Source: Patescibacteria group bacterium
Lineage (GTDB): Bacteria; Patescibacteriota; UBA1384
Reading direction: 5' to 3'
DNA length: 32,174 bases
Assembly (NCBI GenBank): GCA_035287145.1
Contig: DATEBX010000013.1
Span: 1-32,174 of the forward strand
Shown piece by piece: positions 27,290-32,174 of the stretch. Made by a program: the position numbers and the translations under genes. Under the pieces are notes generated by a model. The model saw only the letters and a program-made list of their open reading frames with translations. It was not told the DNA's origin and ran no database searches. Position 1 is the stretch's first letter, and the number at the start of each line of letters is the position of its first letter.

Positions 27290-29186
27290 CCCCCAAAACC
27301 GCGCCGTTCACCGTCTAGCGACGACCGACCGGAGTAGTTTGGAGTGGCGCTACACTGACTATAGCTGGAACGAATACGGTCCCGGCCGCGACCATAAACT
27401 CAAAACAAGAGTCGGCATCTATTACGGGCTCATACTGGTCTTGGTCGGCATTTTTTTCTTACGGCTCGCCAATCTGCAAATAGCGCGCGGTTACGGCTAT
27501 CGCCTGCAAGCGGAGGGCAACCACATCAGAAGCCGCTTAGTGGAAGCCCCGCGCGGCAACATTATGGACCGCCATGGCAGCATATTGGCCAGCAACACTG
27601 CCGATTACTCATTGTTTATTTATCCTTACAATATGCCGCGCTCGGTCAGCGAACAACAGGAAACTGTGGCGCGCATTGTCAGTGTCACCGGCTACCAAGG
27701 CGATTTGGCCGCGGAAATAAAGCAGGCGCGCGCGCGCGGTTTTGAGCCGTTGGAGCTTTTTATCAATCTTGACCGCGACCGCGCCATAACTTGGAAAATT
27801 CAACTCCCGGATGTTCCCGCCGTCAACGTCAGCGCCCAGCCGAAGAGGTATTATCAAACCGGCTTGCCCGTCGCGCATATTATCGGCTATACGGGCAAGA
27901 TGAACGACGATGAGATATCACGCTACCCGGACTACCCGAGCGGCAGCGAAATCGGCAAAACCGGCATCGAATATTCTTACGACATTGAGTTGAGAGGGCG
28001 GGCGGGTGAAGAACGGGTGGAGATTGACAGCGCCGGCTTGATTCGGCGGTTTATTGATACTTTGACGCCGGTAACCGGCAATACCTTACAATTGGCGCTC
28101 GACAATGGACTGCAGCAAGTATTGGCTGATAATTTGCGTCTTGCTATGGAGAAAACTCAAAGCAAGTCGGCGGTCGCCATCGCTATGGACCCGAGAAACG
28201 GCGGCATAATCAGCTTGGTAAGCTTGCCCGATTACGACCCCAATATTTTTGCCGGTTCGGTGAATCCCGAACAGTATCAGGCGCTCCTGGACAATCCCGA
28301 CAAGTCCCTGCTTAACCGCGCTATCGCCGGCGTTTATCCGCCCGGTTCAACCATCAAGCCCTTTGTTGCTACGGGGGCGCTGGAGGCAGGCGTAATCGGC
28401 GAGCAAACCACGCTCATCACCCCGCCGGAAATAAAAATCGGCGAATGGGTTTTTCCCGACTGGAAAGCTCATGGTTCCGCCAATGTCAAAAAAGCCATCG
28501 CCGAAAGTAACAATGTTTTTTTCTATACCATTGGTGGCGGCTACGGCAATATCGGTGGGCTGGGTTCTAGTCGCTTAGGCCGTTATTTGGAGCAGTACGG
28601 TTTTGCCGCGCCGACCGGCATTGACCTGCCGGGCGAAAAAAAAGGTTTAGTGCCAAGCCCCGAATGGAAAGAGAAATATAAAAAAGAAAAATGGTACATA
28701 GGTGATACTTATCATATGGCCATCGGGCAGGGCGATATATTGGTTACCCCCATGGAAATTGCCGCGGCGACTGCTGCGGTAGCGAACGGCGGCACATTTT
28801 ATGAACCGAAAGTCGGTCGAGCGGTTATTGCGCCCGATGGGCAAAAGGTGCGGGATATTGCCCCGACGACGCGGGGGGCGGCGGTGGCCAGCGCCGATAA
28901 TTTGCGCATAGTGCGAGAGGGTATGAGGCAAACCATAACTGCCGGCAGCGGCCGGTCAACTTTCGGTGACGGTTTTCCGGTGGCGGTCGCTGGCAAAACC
29001 GGCACGGCCCAATTCGGCAACGAGGGCAAATTGCATGCCTGGTTTACATCCTTTGCCCCCGTCAATGACCCGAAAATCGTCATCACGGTATTTGTCGAAG
29101 GTGGCGGCGAAGGATATATGACGGCGGCACCCGTTGCCAAAGTGGCCTATGAGTGGTATGCTGCGCATATTGAAGCCCTAAATTAA
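27249..29186 (+). CDS. mrdA: Penicillin-binding protein 2 (elongasome transpeptidase)
   Basis: TM anchor. SxxK (GSTIKPF), SxN (ESNNVFF), KTG (GKTGTAQ). Start uncertain: TTG 27231, ATG 27249, or TTG 27339 after GGAG. Confidence 0.9.
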   Translation: MWPVKKFRKNNIFDPQNRAVHRLATTDRSSLEWRYTDYSWNEYGPGRDHKLKTRVGIYYGLILVLVGIFFLRLANLQIARGYGYRLQAEGNHIRSRLVEAPRGNIMDRHGSILASNTADYSLFIYPYNMPRSVSEQQETVARIVSVTGYQGDLAAEIKQARARGFEPLELFINLDRDRAITWKIQLPDVPAVNVSAQPKRYYQTGLPVAHIIGYTGKMNDDEISRYPDYPSGSEIGKTGIEYSYDIELRGRAGEERVEIDSAGLIRRFIDTLTPVTGNTLQLALDNGLQQVLADNLRLAMEKTQSKSAVAIAMDPRNGGIISLVSLPDYDPNIFAGSVNPEQYQALLDNPDKSLLNRAIAGVYPPGSTIKPFVATGALEAGVIGEQTTLITPPEIKIGEWVFPDWKAHGSANVKKAIAESNNVFFYTIGGGYGNIGGLGSSRLGRYLEQYGFAAPTGIDLPGEKKGLVPSPEWKEKYKKEKWYIGDTYHMAIGQGDILVTPMEIAAATAAVANGGTFYEPKVGRAVIAPDGQKVRDIAPTTRGAAVASADNLRIVREGMRQTITAGSGRSTFGDGFPVAVAGKTGTAQFGNEGKLHAWFTSFAPVNDPKIVITVFVEGGGEGYMTAAPVAKVAYEWYAAHIEALN

Positions 29187-29221
29187 TGGGCTATTATAAT
29201 ATTAGAAGCGTAGAGGAGAAT

Positions 29222-29677
29222 ATGGTCAAAATCATTATGACCCAAACGGGTCTGGAAAAGCTCAAGGATGAGCTGGCTGAATTAAAGACCCAAAAACGGC
29301 CGTCGGTGATTGCCCGTATCAAAGCGGCGCGGGAACTGGGCGACCTGTCGGAGAATGCCGACTATCAAGACGCGCGCGAGGAGCAGGCGTTTATTGAAGG
29401 TCGCATCCAAGAATTGGAAGCCATGATAAAGGGCGCCGAAGTGGCTCATAGCGGCAAAAAGGGCGAGGTGGCGCTGGGCTCAAAAGTAACGGTGGCGGTC
29501 GCCAGCGCTTCATACGATTTTACTATTGTGGGGCCTAACGAATCGGACCCTTCAAGCGGCATGATTTCCCACGAATCGCCCATCGGCAGCGCGCTTATGG
29601 GGCACGGGGCGGGGGACAGAGTCGGCGTAAAAACACCGGACGGAGTGGTGGAATATAAAATTACGAAGATTGCTTAA
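29222..29677 (+). CDS. greA: Transcription elongation factor GreA
   Basis: MTQTGLEKLKDELAELK...ARELGDLSENADYQDAREEQAFIEGRIQELE. GAGGAG lies upstream of ATG 29222. The ORF is also open from ATG 29186, which overlaps the mrdA stop codon. Confidence 0.9.
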   Translation: MVKIIMTQTGLEKLKDELAELKTQKRPSVIARIKAARELGDLSENADYQDAREEQAFIEGRIQELEAMIKGAEVAHSGKKGEVALGSKVTVAVASASYDFTIVGPNESDPSSGMISHESPIGSALMGHGAGDRVGVKTPDGVVEYKITKIA

Positions 29678-29691
29678 CGGAAGGTTGTACC

Positions 29692-30948
29692 ATGCTTGAT
29701 TTTTCTCTGTTGCGCCGCGAGCCCGAGAAAGTCAAAGACGCGCTAAGGCGCAAGCGGGTTAATATTAATTTTGACCAGCTTGTGGGTCTCGACGAGAAAC
29801 GCCGCGCGCTCATAAGTTTGGTAGATGCCAAGCGCGCGGAGCAGCGTGGATTTAATCAAAAGGTCGGTAAACTTCCCGCCGCCGACCGCGAGCAGGGATT
29901 AGCCGATATGAAAGCGTTGGCGCATGAGCTGGGACAGCAAGAAAAGGAACTTCAATCGGTAACCGATGAGTTCCAAAAGTTATGGCTGGCGGTACCCAAC
30001 ATTCCCGCCGATGACGTGCCGGAGGGGGAAAGTGATGCCGACAATCAAGAAATCAAAACATGGGGAGAAAAACCATCGTTTGATTTCAAGCCACGCGCGC
30101 ACGAAGAACTCGTTAAGGAATTGGACCTGGCCGATATTGAGCGGGCAACTAAAGTTGCCGGCAATAAATTCTATTATCTCAAAAACCAAATGGTTGTTTT
30201 GGAAATGTCGGTTATGCGTTTGGCGATGGATACTCTTGCTCGCCACGGTTTTACGCCGCTCACCGTCCCTGACCTGGCGCGGCGCGAAGTTATGTATGGG
30301 GCGGCCCATTTTCCGCCGGAAGACGATGCTTATCACCTGCCCAAAGACGACTTGTACTTGGCCGGCACCGCCGAAGTCGGCTTGGCTGGTTATCATATGG
30401 ACGAAATTATCGAGGAAAAAGATTTGCCGTTGCGTTATGGCGGTTTCTCGGCGTGTTTCAGGCGCGAGGCGGGGAGTTATGGCAAGAAGGGGAGCGGGCT
30501 ATACCGCGTGCATCAATTTCATAAAATTGAAATGTTTGTCCTATGTCTGCCGGATAAGTCGGAAGAAGAGCACAAGAAACTGCTTGCAATCTCGGAAGAG
30601 ATTATGCAAAAGCTCGAACTCCCCTACCGCGTGGTTTTGAACTGCGGCGGCGACCTGGGTTTGCCACAATACAAAAAGTTCGACATTGAAGCGTGGATCC
30701 CGACCACTTCCGGCTGGGGTGAAACGCATTCTTGCTCCCATGATACCGATTATCAAGCGCGCCGCCTCGGCATAAAATATCGCTCGGCCGACGGTAAGAC
30801 CGGCTTTGTCCATACGCTCAACAACACTGCTATCGCCAGCCCGCGCGTCCTCATTCCCCTGCTTGAAGTTCATCAGCAAAAAGACGGCAGCATCCGTATC
30901 CCTCAAGCTCTCGCCGCCTACACCGGCTTCGACAGCATCAAAAAATAA
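29692..30948 (+). CDS. serS: Serine--tRNA ligase
   Basis: N-terminal coiled-coil arm. Class II motifs (FRREAGSYGKKGSGLYRVHQFHKIE, TLNNTAIASPR). Confidence 0.95.
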   Translation: MLDFSLLRREPEKVKDALRRKRVNINFDQLVGLDEKRRALISLVDAKRAEQRGFNQKVGKLPAADREQGLADMKALAHELGQQEKELQSVTDEFQKLWLAVPNIPADDVPEGESDADNQEIKTWGEKPSFDFKPRAHEELVKELDLADIERATKVAGNKFYYLKNQMVVLEMSVMRLAMDTLARHGFTPLTVPDLARREVMYGAAHFPPEDDAYHLPKDDLYLAGTAEVGLAGYHMDEIIEEKDLPLRYGGFSACFRREAGSYGKKGSGLYRVHQFHKIEMFVLCLPDKSEEEHKKLLAISEEIMQKLELPYRVVLNCGGDLGLPQYKKFDIEAWIPTTSGWGETHSCSHDTDYQARRLGIKYRSADGKTGFVHTLNNTAIASPRVLIPLLEVHQQKDGSIRIPQALAAYTGFDSIKK

Positions 30949-30990
30949 CCGCGGTTTTACGATTTGCGTTATAAGTTTTAAGATAATCTT

Positions 30991-31386
30991 ATGCAAATAT
31001 TAATTCGGACAGTTCACACAAAGATAAATGACGAAGCAAAGCGTTACTTGCGCAAGAAGGTATTGAAATATGAAATGTTGGTGCCGAGCTCGTCGGTGGT
31101 TGAGTGCACTTTTGAAGAAAAATCCGGCCCCAAGCGCGACGGCAATAAAATAGTTCATATTGCCATGCGCCCGCCCGGCGCCAAGAAACCGTTTTTTGTT
31201 AAGTCAAAAGCGCTCCCCGACTTTCTTGTGGCGATTGATGCGGCTGACAGCCGCTTGCGCCGTTTGATTGACAAGTACCATGAGCTGAAAAAATTTGACA
31301 GTAAAAAACACCGTTATTATCTTGCAAAAATCAAAGAACTCCCCCGCGGCCTCTGGCACAAAGTCCGCCGCCGGCGTATGCCATAG
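30991..31386 (+). CDS. hpf: Ribosome hibernation factor, HPF/RaiA (S30AE) family, short form
   Basis: MQILIRTVHTKINDEAKRYLRKKV...VAIDAADSRLRRLIDKY follows the S30AE pattern. Confidence 0.7.
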   Translation: MQILIRTVHTKINDEAKRYLRKKVLKYEMLVPSSSVVECTFEEKSGPKRDGNKIVHIAMRPPGAKKPFFVKSKALPDFLVAIDAADSRLRRLIDKYHELKKFDSKKHRYYLAKIKELPRGLWHKVRRRRMP

Positions 31387-31394
31387 AGCCATAG

Positions 31395-31452
31395 AGCTGT
31401 AAAGCCGTAAGTGGTTAATCCCCCCTTATAGCTTTACGGCTTGTTGTTTGTT
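31395..31452 (+). terminator. Possible terminator after hpf
   Basis: 11-bp stem agctgtaaagc/gctttacggct (one G-U pair) with a large 25-nt loop, followed by tgttgtttgtt. Confidence 0.35.
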
Positions 31453-31497
31453 CTCGACTTCGGGCTAGGGCTGTGTTAATCTTATATCGAGGTAATT

Positions 31498-32174
31498 ATG
31501 GGTTTATTCGACCGTTTCTTCGGCGGTTACAATCAAAAGGAAATCAACCGCCATACAAGTATTGTGGCGCAAATTAACGAACTCGCGCCAACATTCGAGA
31601 AATTATCGGACAAAGCGCTCAAAGGGAAAACAGCGGAATTCAAAGGGCGCTTGTCGCAAGGCGCGAAGCTCGACAGCATCTTACCGGAGGCGTTCGCCGC
31701 GGTGCGCGAAACCGCCAAGCGCGTTTTGGGACAAAGGCACTTCGACGTTCAGCTCATAGGCGGCATGGTACTTCACGAAGGGAAAATCGCCGAGATGAAA
31801 ACCGGCGAAGGCAAAACTCTGGCGGCAACTCTGCCCGCATATTTAAACGCCCTCAAAGGCAAGGGTGTGCACATTGTCACTGTCAATGATTATTTGGCGC
31901 GCCGCGACGGCGAGTGGATGGGAAAAATATATCACCAGTTGGGTCTCACGACCGGCATTATCCAAAATCAGGGCATATCATATTTATTCGACCCGGACTT
32001 TAAGCCGGAGTCAAAAGAAGGCGAGGATGACCTGAACCCGGCGCAGGTTCAGATGGAAAACTTGCGGCCTTGCGACCGCCGCGCGAGCTACGCCGCCGAT
32101 ATTACCTACGGCACGAATAACGAATTCGGTTTCGATTATCTGCGCGACAATATGGCGCGCGATGTTAGCCATCT
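31498..32174 (+). CDS. secA: Preprotein translocase ATPase SecA (3' end outside the window)
   Basis: Hand translation from ATG 31498: [10 protein letters not shown]...[58 protein letters not shown]...[16 protein letters not shown]. The frame is open to the window end, so it is absent from the ORF track. Confidence 0.95.
   Translation, partial: MGLFDRFFGGYNQKEINRHTSIVAQINELAPTFEKLSDKALKGKTAEFKGRLSQGAKLDSILPEAFAAVRETAKRVLGQRHFDVQLIGGMVLHEGKIAEMKTGEGKTLAATLPAYLNALKGKGVHIVTVNDYLARRDGEWMGKIYHQLGLTTGIIQNQGISYLFDPDFKPESKEGEDDLNPAQVQMENLRPCDRRASYAADITYGTNNEFGFDYLRDNMARDVSH

Noticed and set aside
29966-30640. 224-aa plus-strand ORF in an alternative frame within serS
   Set aside because: Its R/K/C/W-rich composition is characteristic of an off-frame translation. 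The serS frame is strongly supported by class II motifs.

Overview
This 32.2-kb window is rich in housekeeping genes, almost all on the plus strand. It looks like a reduced-genome bacterium. The gene content, a short AlaRS, five CCA-encoding tRNAs and the 'gtcattgcgag / gtcatcctgagcg' intergenic repeats remind me of Patescibacteria/CPR, but that is inference only.

Core genes in order: LysM-M23 peptidase (5' partial), obg, a PriA-like protein, secG, a family-5 solute-binding protein, an ABC-2 exporter pair, rpsA, nrnA, an SLT transglycosylase, alaS, ftsA, a large membrane protein, ruvX, mltG, mreB, mreC-mreD-mrdA, greA, serS, hpf and secA (3' partial). The tRNAs are Leu-CAG, Leu-GAG, Val-TAC, Phe-GAA and Leu-TAA. 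I saw no rRNA and no CRISPR array.

The unusual content lies between the core genes:
- A RAYT-type Y1 transposase is bracketed by inverted 38-nt repeats, with solo copies elsewhere. This resembles a REPtron.
- At least three further intergenic repeat or hairpin families have very regular placement.
- Four to five GC3-rich single-gene cassettes carry their own near-consensus promoters and, for three of them, terminators: a SigH-like sigma factor, a divergent DHOD-like flavoenzyme, a xylose-isomerase-like TIM-barrel protein, an orphan 306-aa protein that splits mreB from mreCD, and a GC-rich remnant.
- A ~95-nt structured repeat is fused to the 3' CCA of two tRNAs and shows one compensatory base-pair change. 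Next to it is a tRNA-Phe 5'-half pseudo-copy split by a nested hairpin.
- The PriA homologue has unrecognisable ATPase motifs.

All calls come from reading the sequence and recalling family motifs. No searches were run, and several start codons are uncertain.
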